From positions 32,001-96,000 of the forward strand of contig CBDCTZ010000008.1 in NCBI GenBank assembly GCA_965222375.1: a stretch of 64,000 bases of DNA. The letters run 5' to 3'. Position numbers and translations under genes: made by a program. This document shows, piece after piece, positions 47,841 through 56,974 of the stretch. The notes beneath the pieces were generated by a model that searched no databases, was not told the origin of the DNA, and saw only the letters and a program-made list of their open reading frames with translations. This DNA is from Polyangiaceae bacterium. Lineage in GTDB: Bacteria; Myxococcota_A; Polyangia; Polyangiales; Polyangiaceae. The first letter of the stretch is position 1; every line of letters begins with the position of its first letter.

Positions 47841-49262
47841 ATGGCCGACACCGAACCGCCTCCGTCGATTCGCTCGTTGGTCAACCATTCCGACGCCATC
47901 GCCGACGCTGAAGAGCGCGCGCCCGCGTCGGACGCTCCCTCTGGGGCGAGCTTCGACGGTGAGGACTTCCTGTATCATCTCTACCGAGGGAGCGAGCTGC
48001 TTCAGGACAACCTCGTTGGCGAAGCAAAGGAGGAACTCGAGCAGGCCCTCGCTTTGCAGCCCCGAGACGTCGAGGGCCAAGGCTTGCTCGGCGTCGTCTA
48101 CTTCCGGCTCGGCATGTATCCCCGCGCCATCGAAATCTACGAGAGTCTGACCAAGAAGGTCCCCAACGAAGTTACACCATGGCTCAACTTGGGTCTGTGC
48201 TACCTCAAGACGGGGCAGAACGCGCGCGCTCGCGAAGCGCTCGAGGACGTGACTCAGAAGAATCCCGGACACCGACGTGCCTGGGGTTACCTTGGCCTCA
48301 CCTACGAACGCATGGGTGACACCGGGCGAGCGCTCGACGCGTTTCACCGCGCAGATCAAGGCCACATGGTTCGGCGCCTGAAGCAGACCCAGGCGCCGCC
48401 ACCGAACGAATCCCGGGAGAGCGAGCGGCCAGAGCGGGCGGCGATCCGTCAGGCTGCCGCTGATGCCATCATGGAGTTGGAAGGCGACGTTCGACCATTT
48501 TCCCGGGTTCCGGCGGCCAACGACGACGATGACGCACTGCGTGCGGGGCGTTGGCACGCCCTCGAGCCGGGCGAGGCGCGGCTGCCCGCGGCAGCTCGGA
48601 CCGGCTCGGCACCCGCTCGAGCCCGGACGACGGCCCCCAGTCCGAGCGAACTAGCCGCGACGTTGACAGCGTCGGCGCCCGTCGAGCCGCACGCGATGAC
48701 CGAACTGTTCAGCCTGCGCGTCTCCCGTGCTGCTGCTGCGCGAGCCGATCTGGTTCGCGCGCTTCGCCCGGACGAAGGCGTCTTTCAACGAAGTCCGCTC
48801 CATCGCCGCCGCTTGGGCAAAGAGTCCAGCGAGGCGCTAGGTGGTCCACGTCACCCGCTGGTGCGTTTGAGCGGCCAGGGCCAGATCGTCCTGGCGCCGC
48901 CCAAAGGCCTCTCCCTGCATACCTCGACCCTGACCGACGAGTTCTTCTATGTGCGCGAAGAGCGCCTGGTGGGCTTCGACGATGCCCTTCGCTACGAATG
49001 CGGACGCCTACCCCTGACGCCCGGCGATCACGCGCCAATGGTCCAAATCTCGGGCTCGGGTGGCTTGGTATTCGCGGCTACGTCTAGATTGACCACCTTG
49101 ACCGTGACCAAAGACGCGAGCGCCTGGACTCGGGCGGAGGACGTGGTGGGCTGGACCGGACGGCTGATGCCCCACCCGGTCGCTCAGGATGTGGTTCCCG
49201 TGGCCACCGGGCGCTGGCTGCGTTTCACCGGCGAGGGGATCTTGTGGTTGGACGCCGGATGA
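47841..49262 (+). CDS. TPR protein with C-terminal AIM24-like beta domain
   Basis: N-terminal TPRs; C-terminal repeated L.G.G.(I/L)V.. and VREERLVGFD/EDVVGWTG patterns. Confidence 0.7.
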   Translation: MADTEPPPSIRSLVNHSDAIADAEERAPASDAPSGASFDGEDFLYHLYRGSELLQDNLVGEAKEELEQALALQPRDVEGQGLLGVVYFRLGMYPRAIEIYESLTKKVPNEVTPWLNLGLCYLKTGQNARAREALEDVTQKNPGHRRAWGYLGLTYERMGDTGRALDAFHRADQGHMVRRLKQTQAPPPNESRESERPERAAIRQAAADAIMELEGDVRPFSRVPAANDDDDALRAGRWHALEPGEARLPAAARTGSAPARARTTAPSPSELAATLTASAPVEPHAMTELFSLRVSRAAAARADLVRALRPDEGVFQRSPLHRRRLGKESSEALGGPRHPLVRLSGQGQIVLAPPKGLSLHTSTLTDEFFYVREERLVGFDDALRYECGRLPLTPGDHAPMVQISGSGGLVFAATSRLTTLTVTKDASAWTRAEDVVGWTGRLMPHPVAQDVVPVATGRWLRFTGEGILWLDAG

Positions 49263-49337
49263 GGCTGTTCCACGGAGCTCCGGTGAAGAAGTTGAAAAGG
49301 ATGGGCGCAACCCTCCTGGCGCGGTTAGCATCTCGCC

Positions 49338-50045
49338 GTGCCGCCCAGTAAGCGCTCACGCGGCGCCAGCCGTTTTCGTCGACGTCGCAAGAAGCAACGC
49401 ATCGATCCGGAGTTGCGTGCCGCCCGCCGCAAGACCTTGCGCCAGGACGTCTGGAACCTGCCCAACATCCTGACCATGGGTCGGGTAGTGATGATCCCTC
49501 TGGTCCTCTGGCTACTGTCCCGGGGGACCCCCAAAGACTGTGTCTGGGCGGCCATCGTCTACGGCCTGGCGGCGATCACCGATCTGCTCGACGGCTACCT
49601 TGCGCGCAAGATGAATGTGGTCAGCGTGCTCGGCAAGTTCCTGGACCCGCTGGCGGACAAATTGATCGTCATGGCCACGCTGATCTGGATGGTGCCGATG
49701 GGGCGTATTCCCCAATGGGCGGTGACGCTGCTCTTGGCTCGCGAGATCACCGTGACGGCGCTGCGCTCCATAGCGAGCAGCGAAGGGGTGGTGATCGCTG
49801 CAGGCGGCGGAGGCAAGAGCAAGACGGCACTTCAGATGATCGGAATCGTTTGCCTCATCCTGGGCTACCCCTACCATCTGTACTTCTTCAGCCACGACCT
49901 GGGGGTGGTGGACTTGGTGGTGGTCGGCCGGTGGCTGGTCTACGTCTCCCTGGTTTTCAGCGTCATCAGCGCCGTGGGGTATTTCGGGCTCTTCGCCCAA
50001 GCCGTGGAGGCCAAAGAACAACGCCAGAGCGCGGAACCCAGCTAG
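49338..50045 (+). CDS. pgsA: CDP-diacylglycerol--glycerol-3-phosphate 3-phosphatidyltransferase
   Basis: NLPNILT..R, TDLLDGYLAR......LGKFLDPLADK, RE..VTALR. Confidence 0.93.
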   Translation: MPPSKRSRGASRFRRRRKKQRIDPELRAARRKTLRQDVWNLPNILTMGRVVMIPLVLWLLSRGTPKDCVWAAIVYGLAAITDLLDGYLARKMNVVSVLGKFLDPLADKLIVMATLIWMVPMGRIPQWAVTLLLAREITVTALRSIASSEGVVIAAGGGGKSKTALQMIGIVCLILGYPYHLYFFSHDLGVVDLVVVGRWLVYVSLVFSVISAVGYFGLFAQAVEAKEQRQSAEPS

Positions 50046-50098
50046 CTGCTAGCTGCCCGCTTGCCCCGGGCAGGGCGTTGTTTTAATAGCCGAGGGGC

Positions 50099-50632
50099 AT
50101 GCGCTCCCTCATCTTTACCCGCATCGTCGGCGCTTCTTTTCTCATCCTTTTCACGGCCTGCTCGGACCAGAGCGAAGGCGAGCGCTGTGATTTCAACAAC
50201 AGCGAGAGCGCTGACTGCGAATCCGGTCTTGTCTGCGTGCAGGCGCGAGAACTGTTGGACAACTCTACGGACCGCTGTTGCCCGCCAGAGGGGCAGTCCA
50301 TCAGCGACAACCGTTGTATCCGCAGTACCGGGATCGGTACCGGCGGCGCCGCGGGCGCGGCGGGGTCAGCGGGCAGCGCCGGGTCAGCGGGCAGCGCCGG
50401 GTCAGCGGGCAGTGCCGGCTCGGCGGGCAGCGGCGGCTCGGCGGGCAGCGGCGGCGGAGATGGCGGCACGACTTGCCAGTACAGCAGTCAGTGTCCAGGA
50501 ACCGAGATCTGCGGGCCCGGAGGCGTTTGCCAGCCGGAGTGCCAAGGGGACAAGGACTGCCCCGACGGCGAAACGTGCAACCAGGCGACGAATATCTGCG
50601 AAGCCTCCGCGAAAGACGCAGGGGCCGACTAA
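50099..50632 (+). CDS. Cys-rich lipoprotein with (GSA)n linker
   Basis: Lipobox FTAC; EGERC...DCESGLVC...CCPP; GSA repeats; two further Cys modules. Confidence 0.8.
   Translation: MRSLIFTRIVGASFLILFTACSDQSEGERCDFNNSESADCESGLVCVQARELLDNSTDRCCPPEGQSISDNRCIRSTGIGTGGAAGAAGSAGSAGSAGSAGSAGSAGSAGSGGSAGSGGGDGGTTCQYSSQCPGTEICGPGGVCQPECQGDKDCPDGETCNQATNICEASAKDAGAD
50360..50455 (+). repeat. Coding tandem repeat encoding the GSAGSA linker
   Basis: GGGTCAGCGGGCAG(C/T)GCC repeated three times, plus variants. Confidence 0.85.
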
Positions 50633-51093
50633 TGCGTCGAGCGGTCTCGACCACGCTGTCGCTGCTCGTGCTAGCCACGGTATTGGGCGCTGGTTGTGGA
50701 CGGGCGGACGAAGGCGAGAGCTGCGACGCGGCCAAGGGCAATGACGACTGTGCCGAGGGGCTGATTTGTCGTTCAGCGTTCGAAGTCCAGGCCAAGGAGA
50801 GCGTGTGCTGCCCACCGCCCCCAGCACGGCCGTCCACGTCGGAGTGCCAGCCGGCGATCGACGAGTTCATGCCTGACCCCGGCGTTGATGCGTCCTTCGG
50901 CGGCGGCGGGGGTAGCGGAGGCTCCTCCGGTAGCGGCGGCAGCGGAGGTAGCTCGGGTAGCTCGGGTAGCTCGGGTAGCGGAGGCGGCGCCGGTGCAGAT
51001 GGCAGCGCAACAGGCGGATCAGCGGGTGCCGACGCTGGAGACGCAAGCACGGATTCTGCAGCCGACGTTGCCTCGGACAGCAGTTCTGACTGA
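50632..51093 (+). CDS. Cys-rich lipoprotein with Gly/Ser linker (paralog of the upstream gene)
   Basis: Lipobox GAGC; EGESC...DCAEGLIC...CCPP; start overlaps the upstream stop (TAATG). Confidence 0.8.
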   Translation: MRRAVSTTLSLLVLATVLGAGCGRADEGESCDAAKGNDDCAEGLICRSAFEVQAKESVCCPPPPARPSTSECQPAIDEFMPDPGVDASFGGGGGSGGSSGSGGSGGSSGSSGSSGSGGGAGADGSATGGSAGADAGDASTDSAADVASDSSSD

Positions 51094-51102
51094 GCCGCGC
51101 TC

Positions 51103-51360
51103 ATGCCGACCGTCACCCATCTGGCTGCAACCGCTCAGGAGGCGCTGCTGCTCTCCATCGCGGTCTCGCTACCCGTCGTTGGTGTCGCTGCCATTGCCGG
51201 CCTTCTAGTCGCCGTCTTTCAAGCGGCCACCCAAGTGCAGGACATCACTCTGGCGCACCTACCCCGGTTGGTGGTCGTGGCGATTGCTCTGGCCGTCGCC
51301 GGGCCGTGGATGGGCTCCCAGATCGCATCCTTCGCTACGCGCGTATTCTCTGGTGGCTGA
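51103..51360 (+). CDS. FliQ/SctS(EscS)-family export-gate subunit
   Basis: 85 aa; SLP..GV....GLLVAVFQAATQVQDITL..LPRL.......GPWM signature. Confidence 0.88.
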   Translation: MPTVTHLAATAQEALLLSIAVSLPVVGVAAIAGLLVAVFQAATQVQDITLAHLPRLVVVAIALAVAGPWMGSQIASFATRVFSGG

Positions 51361-52561
51361 CGCTTCCGTCTTGTCCCCGGCAGAGCTCGCGGAATGCGAC
51401 CGCGAGCGTCCCCACGTCGGTGGCCGCATCCTGGCTCTGGAGAGCGGGCAAGCGGTCCTTGCCGATGCTTTCGGTCAGGTGAATGTACGCTTCCGCAGCA
51501 CCCCTGAACTACAGATCGGTGATTTCGTGGTGGTCGCGGGCGGCATCGAAGAGCCCGGACACCTGTCCGACGCGGAACTCATCGAACGCCACCCCGCGCG
51601 GCCGCCACGCGGCGATAGTGACTTCGCGCGTTTCAGCCTGGCGGGCGTGGGCAAACGATTGCGCATGCGCAGCCGTGGCTTCGAAGTGATTCGCGAAACC
51701 CTCACGGGTCTTGGTTTCATCGAGGTGGACGCTCCCATGTTGGTGCGGGCGCCAGGCTTGGACAGTTTCGTTGAGGCTGTGCCTTGCGGTGACGAGTACC
51801 TGTCCACGTCCCCGGAATTCCAACTCAAGCGCTTGCTCGCGGGGGGCGTGCCCAGGCTCTATTGCCTTGGGCACGTGGCTCGTGCGGACGAGACCGGCCA
51901 TCGGCACGAGCGGGAATTCTGCATGCTCGAGTGGTATCGAGCATTCGCCGGTGCCGACGCGATGCGCCGCGACACCGAGCAAGTGGTGTCGAGGGTGGCG
52001 CTGAGCTTGACGGGTGCCGAGTGGATCACTTTGCCTGCGGGCAGCAGGATCGACTTGCGTCCGCCTTTCGAGCGGATGACCGTGCGTGAAGCGTTTCGAT
52101 CCTGGGTCGGCGTGGCCGACGCTGCTGCCCTAGCGGAAGCAGATCCCGCGCGATACTTTCGGCTCTTCGTGGACGTGATAGAACCCGCCCTCGCACGCTT
52201 GGATCGACCTGTATTCCTGGAGCAGTACCCAGCCTCCCAAGCGGCTTTGGCGCGCTTGTCGCCCAGCGACCCCAGCGTGGCCGAACGCTTCGAGCTGTTC
52301 GTGGCGGGCGTCGAGCTGTGCAACGCCTTCGTCGAACTCACTGACGAGCGCGAGCAGCGAAAACGCTTCGAACTCGAGCTTCAGCGGAGGCGAGCCCGGG
52401 GCCATGCAGACGTGCCCCTGGATGAGCGTTTCTTGGATGCGCTCAGCCAGGGGTTGCCCCCTTGCACTGGCAACGCCCTTGGAGTGGACCGCCTGCTCGC
52501 ATTATGCATGGGTCAGAGCGAAATTCGCGACGTGATGCCGTTCCCCCAGGATTGGCTCTAG
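51353..52561 (+). CDS. epmA: EF-P lysyltransferase EpmA (GenX/PoxA) with N-terminal extension
   Basis: GFIEVDAP, YLSTSPEFQLKRLLA, H..EFCMLEWYR, AERFELF..GVELCNAF.ELTD, LPPCTGNALGVDRL. Confidence 0.85.
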   Translation: MADASVLSPAELAECDRERPHVGGRILALESGQAVLADAFGQVNVRFRSTPELQIGDFVVVAGGIEEPGHLSDAELIERHPARPPRGDSDFARFSLAGVGKRLRMRSRGFEVIRETLTGLGFIEVDAPMLVRAPGLDSFVEAVPCGDEYLSTSPEFQLKRLLAGGVPRLYCLGHVARADETGHRHEREFCMLEWYRAFAGADAMRRDTEQVVSRVALSLTGAEWITLPAGSRIDLRPPFERMTVREAFRSWVGVADAAALAEADPARYFRLFVDVIEPALARLDRPVFLEQYPASQAALARLSPSDPSVAERFELFVAGVELCNAFVELTDEREQRKRFELELQRRRARGHADVPLDERFLDALSQGLPPCTGNALGVDRLLALCMGQSEIRDVMPFPQDWL

Positions 52562-52628
52562 TGATAGCCTTCGCCGCCGGGTCGTCCCGCCCGCCGCGAA
52601 GTGCAGCCCGGGCCCGGAGGGAGAGTTC

Positions 52629-53543
52629 ATGGAGTCCACGTTCCTGACCAAAGTCGTCTTACCGCTCGCGCTCTTCGTGATCATGCTGGGCATGGGGCTG
52701 TCCCTCGTTCCAGATGATTTCCGGCGCGTCCTGCGGCACCCAAAGGCGGTAGCGGTCGGGGCGTCCTTCCAAATGCTGGCGCTGCCCATTCTCGGCTTTG
52801 CCTTTGCCAAGATATTCGGACTACAGGGCGCGATGGCTGTCGGATTGATCGCGCTCTCGGTGTGCCCAGGTGGAACCACCTCGAACATGTTCTCGTTCCT
52901 CTCCCGCGGGGACGTGGCGCTTTCGATTTCTCTGACCGCCGTGGTCAGCCTGATTACTCCGTTCACCATTCCCCTGCTGCTCGGGCCTGCCATGAACCAC
53001 TTCATGGGCGAGGCCGCGACGGTTCAGCTGCCCCTGGGCAAGACCATCATTCAGCTATTGGCCATCACGGTGGTTCCAGTGGGGATTGGTATGTTGATCC
53101 GCCACAAGGCGCCAAGCGCTTCTCGCCGCGCTGAGGGCGCCGTGAAGGTGCTCTCCATCGTGTTTCTGTTCGCGGTGATCGGTGGGATCATGCGGCAGAA
53201 CTGGGAGCGCTTGCCGGAGTTCTTCGCCCAGGCGGGGCTATCGTCTCTGGCGCTGAACCTGACTGCTATCGCCCTGGGCTACTTCGGAGCCAAGAGTTTC
53301 GCCCTCCCGGAACGCCAGTCGATTACCGTGGGGATCGAAGTTGGGATCCAAAACGGCACGACCGCGCTACTCGTCACTAGCACGATTCTGGCGAACCCCA
53401 CGATGAGCATTCCACCGGCGATTTACAGCTTGATCATGTTCGGAACGGGAGCCGTATTCGGAATCGTGGTGGCGCGACGCGTGCCGAAGCGGCAAGCCGA
53501 CGGCAAGGCACCCGCCACGGTCCCATCCGCCGGGCAGGGATGA
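52629..53543 (+). CDS. Bile acid:sodium symporter (BASS) family transporter
   Basis: MLGMGLSL, CPGGTTSN, GDVALS, IEVGIQN. Confidence 0.93.
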   Translation: MESTFLTKVVLPLALFVIMLGMGLSLVPDDFRRVLRHPKAVAVGASFQMLALPILGFAFAKIFGLQGAMAVGLIALSVCPGGTTSNMFSFLSRGDVALSISLTAVVSLITPFTIPLLLGPAMNHFMGEAATVQLPLGKTIIQLLAITVVPVGIGMLIRHKAPSASRRAEGAVKVLSIVFLFAVIGGIMRQNWERLPEFFAQAGLSSLALNLTAIALGYFGAKSFALPERQSITVGIEVGIQNGTTALLVTSTILANPTMSIPPAIYSLIMFGTGAVFGIVVARRVPKRQADGKAPATVPSAGQG

Positions 53544-53600
53544 CCTGAGCATCCTCGGCGCGGCGACTCCCTCAAAAAAGACGGCCCAGCCGCGAAGCGG

Positions 53601-56096
53601 CTACTGACCGATTTGCGGAACCTCCGCCGATGCGGCCATCCCGAGGAAACGCGCCACGTCCTTACGCGCTGCCGGCACGTCAAACGCCACGAAATGGCCG
53701 TCCGCGCCCGAGGCCGGGCCGTATTGGCGCACACCCAACGTGATGAAGGTCCCCGGACTGACCTCGAAGTTTCCGGCAAACGGCGTCGCTTGTTCCGTTA
53801 GATTGCCTATGGCTTCGGGCGTGGCCACGCTGGCGTCATGAGCCACGACCTCCAGGCGCCCCGCGAGGGCGAAGGCCGCCAACGTCGTCGCGGGGCTGTA
53901 GTGATCGGCCAGGCCGTAGGTCATGAACACATGCTTCGCTTGCTTGCCGGCTAACGGGCTGCGTCCGATTGCCACTGCCGTGTTCAGTGGATCGGCCGGA
54001 TCGATCCACTGCTGCAGCAGCGACAAGACCGGGTGCATGTCGCCGCCATTCAGGTCTCCAGAGGAATCGAAGTCGCCCAAGACATACGGCACCGCAGACT
54101 TGATGTTCACAGGCTGAGTCTTGTTGAGCAACGCATGCATCAGACTTGCGCCGCTGCCGCTGAGCACGGTTGCGGAAAACTGATCCGCAAATGGAAGCGC
54201 GAGGCTCCCATGGGTCGCACCCTGGGAATGTCCGTAGAATACGATTTTCGTCGGATCTGCCTTGATATCCGCTCCGCCGGTCTCCGCAGCGGTCAGATCG
54301 AGACTGGCGGCCAGGCGGCCGAGCCCGACCTGATCGGCCGCGCCTTGCAATGGATTTCCGCGAGCCGCGGCGGGGTTCGTGAAGTTGAAGAACAGATCGT
54401 TCGGGGATGCCGTCGAGCCCCCGCGGCGAGGGCCATGCTGGACCTGATCAATGCCAAGCACGACAAAACCGACGCTCCCGCTCGGTGTGGTGGCCTTGGA
54501 TAGTTCACCTGCGATTTCCGCGCGCACGTGGCTGCGGAACGAGCCGCCGGTGCCGTGGGCGAAGACAACCACCGGCCAGCCCGTGGGCGGCATCGCGGTT
54601 TTGGGCACGGTCAGCGCCATGCACACATCCTCACTGCGTTCCGGCTTGTCCAAGGCAAGGTCGCCGCCGCTGTCTTGGTAAGGAGCGGTGCCCTTCTGGA
54701 AAACCGGCAGGCTCACGAGCGCGTGGTACTCGTCGTAATCTGCGGAAGCCGCGCCGCAGGCGCGCTCACCTTCCGCATCGGGACATGGGCTCTTGGCACC
54801 CCCGCCACACTTGACCCAGGACTTTGCGCTGGGGATGGCCTGGCCTTCTACGGCGGTCGCGAGCTTCTGCATGGGCTGTCGCACCTCTCCCGCCGTTACG
54901 ACCGTTGCGTTCAAGATCGTCGCGGGGTCGATGCCCTTGTCGGAGAGATAGCCTCTAAAGGGCGCGTAGGACGCGTAGGCCTTCGCCAAGACGGGATCCG
55001 AGGGTGCAGCCGGCGCGAGCAGCCCCGCCAACTGGCTGCTGCGCTCGATGGGTTCGTTCTTTTCGCTCTTGCCCGCAGTGGTGACCCAGATGGCGTAGGT
55101 ATGGCCCGGCCGCAGGGGCGCGCCATGGGGCCGGCGGACACCGAGCCAGTTGTCGCAGATGTACTTGGTGCGCGGGCCCGAAGCGAACCAGTACAGGCCC
55201 GCCGCGGTGCCATATTCGGCGGCGCCCTGAGTCACGTCGACCCAACTAACTGGCGCCCCGCCGCCCTGGGGCTTGAAGGTCTCGAAATTGATGGGCCCGC
55301 TGAAGCGGAAGATCACCGTGGGGTATGTGCCCCAAGCCTTGTCGCTTTTGACCACTGCGTCCACGTAGCGCTGCACCGGATCGAATCCGAGCAGCTCAGC
55401 GCCCGGCGTCGGGAAGCCGTTCAGGTTCAGCTTGCCGCCTTCAATGCGCACGTCGTTGGGGAACGGAAGCCGAAAGAAGTCTCCCTCCTGCGCGGCGGGA
55501 CTGGTCGCCCCAGGCACTTCGAAGAACGCCCGCACCTTGCCTGCACTCGGCGCCTCACAACTGACCCCCTGCCAGTTGGTCACACCGAATGAGGGTGCGC
55601 CAGGCGGCGTGAGCCCACACTTGCCCGAGGAGCACGTCAGCCCGGCAAAGCAATCAGCGGCGGTGGTGCAGTCTGCGCCAACGTCGCCACCTCCCTCGGG
55701 TTTGCACTGGGCCGAGAAGCCCACGAGGGTGCAGCGCAGGCCTGACTCACAGTCCAGGTCACTCGCGCAGGATGTGCCATCAGTGCCCCCGCCGTTCTTC
55801 TGGCAGCTGCCACCCGAACACTGCAGCCCCATTTCGCACTCGCCGCTCAGTACGCAGGTTTGCCCCTCGGTGCGCGTGTGCCCGAGCTCGCATGTGGCGC
55901 CACTTCCGCAGACCAACCCCACCCGGCACGGCTTGGCCGGGGCACAGGAGTCGCCGACACCGCCGCCTCCCGGTACACCTGGCGTGCCCCCGGTGCCCCC
56001 AGTGGGGCGCTCCACGGAGCCCTCGTCACAACCAAAAGCGACCGCTGCCAAGCAAAGCGCGCAAAGTCCAAGCTTAGATCCTCGCATGCTCGTCAT
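53601..56096 (-). CDS. Large lipoprotein with Cys-rich repeats and C-terminal alpha/beta-hydrolase
   Basis: Lipobox AFGC; G..C....DC..GL.C repeats; PFPND; AHGTGG; GHSQG nucleophile elbow; DGH. Confidence 0.85.
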   Translation of the reverse strand: MTSMRGSKLGLCALCLAAVAFGCDEGSVERPTGGTGGTPGVPGGGGVGDSCAPAKPCRVGLVCGSGATCELGHTRTEGQTCVLSGECEMGLQCSGGSCQKNGGGTDGTSCASDLDCESGLRCTLVGFSAQCKPEGGGDVGADCTTAADCFAGLTCSSGKCGLTPPGAPSFGVTNWQGVSCEAPSAGKVRAFFEVPGATSPAAQEGDFFRLPFPNDVRIEGGKLNLNGFPTPGAELLGFDPVQRYVDAVVKSDKAWGTYPTVIFRFSGPINFETFKPQGGGAPVSWVDVTQGAAEYGTAAGLYWFASGPRTKYICDNWLGVRRPHGAPLRPGHTYAIWVTTAGKSEKNEPIERSSQLAGLLAPAAPSDPVLAKAYASYAPFRGYLSDKGIDPATILNATVVTAGEVRQPMQKLATAVEGQAIPSAKSWVKCGGGAKSPCPDAEGERACGAASADYDEYHALVSLPVFQKGTAPYQDSGGDLALDKPERSEDVCMALTVPKTAMPPTGWPVVVFAHGTGGSFRSHVRAEIAGELSKATTPSGSVGFVVLGIDQVQHGPRRGGSTASPNDLFFNFTNPAAARGNPLQGAADQVGLGRLAASLDLTAAETGGADIKADPTKIVFYGHSQGATHGSLALPFADQFSATVLSGSGASLMHALLNKTQPVNIKSAVPYVLGDFDSSGDLNGGDMHPVLSLLQQWIDPADPLNTAVAIGRSPLAGKQAKHVFMTYGLADHYSPATTLAAFALAGRLEVVAHDASVATPEAIGNLTEQATPFAGNFEVSPGTFITLGVRQYGPASGADGHFVAFDVPAARKDVARFLGMAASAEVPQIGQ

Positions 56097-56149
56097 TTTC
56101 GCCTGCTTTGGGGGTTTGCGCAAAGGCCGTGCATCGCTACGACCCCCGC

Positions 56150-56908
56150 ATGACCCGGCCCTTGATCTTGCTTTCCAATGACGACGGATACCGATCCCAG
56201 GGGCTCGCGGCTCTGGCGCGAGCATTAGGCGATTTGGGCGACGTGGTGGTGTGCGCTCCAGAAACGGAACAGAGTGCGTCCAGCCACGCCCTGAGCCTCC
56301 ACCGACCCCTGCGCCTGTTTCGCCACGGCGATTCGACGTTTTCCGTCGACGGCACGCCTGCCGACTGCGTTTACGTCGCGCTGCACGCCACCGACCGCGT
56401 GGTGCCGCGTCGACCGGACCTGGTCGTCAGCGGCCTCAACCACGGCGTGAACCTCGGCGACGACGTGTTTTACAGCGGCACCGTCGCCGCCGCGCGCGAA
56501 GCCGCGCTCAAAGGGCTACCTGCCCTCGCTGTCTCCGCGGCAGTGGGAGCCGAGCAAGACGCGGCGGCGAAGGTCTCAGCCTCCATCGCCCAGGCGATGC
56601 TCGAACAGCGCTTCGACCAACCAATATTGCTCAACGTCAATTTCCCCAGCGGTCGAGAGTGGGACGTGCGGGCAACGCGCCTGGGGCGACGAGTGTACGA
56701 CGATGGCGTCGAATTCCGAAAGGACCCGCGCGGGCGCGAGTACCTCTGGATCGGCGGCCCAGGCGTGCAGCATCGTGAGGCCCCTGGCTCGGACACGGAG
56801 GCCTTCGACCAGAGCATCGTGGGCGTCACCCCCCTAGTCCTCGATCTGTGGGGGCGCGTGCATCAGGCCGAGGCCGAAGCGGTGGTGGCGTCGCTATCGG
56901 CGTCATGA
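56150..56908 (+). CDS. surE: 5'/3'-nucleotidase SurE
   Basis: LSNDDG, EQSASSH, GTPADCV, SGLNHGVNLG, YSGTVAAA. Confidence 0.96.
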   Translation: MTRPLILLSNDDGYRSQGLAALARALGDLGDVVVCAPETEQSASSHALSLHRPLRLFRHGDSTFSVDGTPADCVYVALHATDRVVPRRPDLVVSGLNHGVNLGDDVFYSGTVAAAREAALKGLPALAVSAAVGAEQDAAAKVSASIAQAMLEQRFDQPILLNVNFPSGREWDVRATRLGRRVYDDGVEFRKDPRGREYLWIGGPGVQHREAPGSDTEAFDQSIVGVTPLVLDLWGRVHQAEAEAVVASLSAS

Positions 56909-56974
56909 CGGATCCGGGCCGCCAACGCCATCGATTCAACACGTTTAGCCTCCCGCGTGATAAACGGACTCTCA

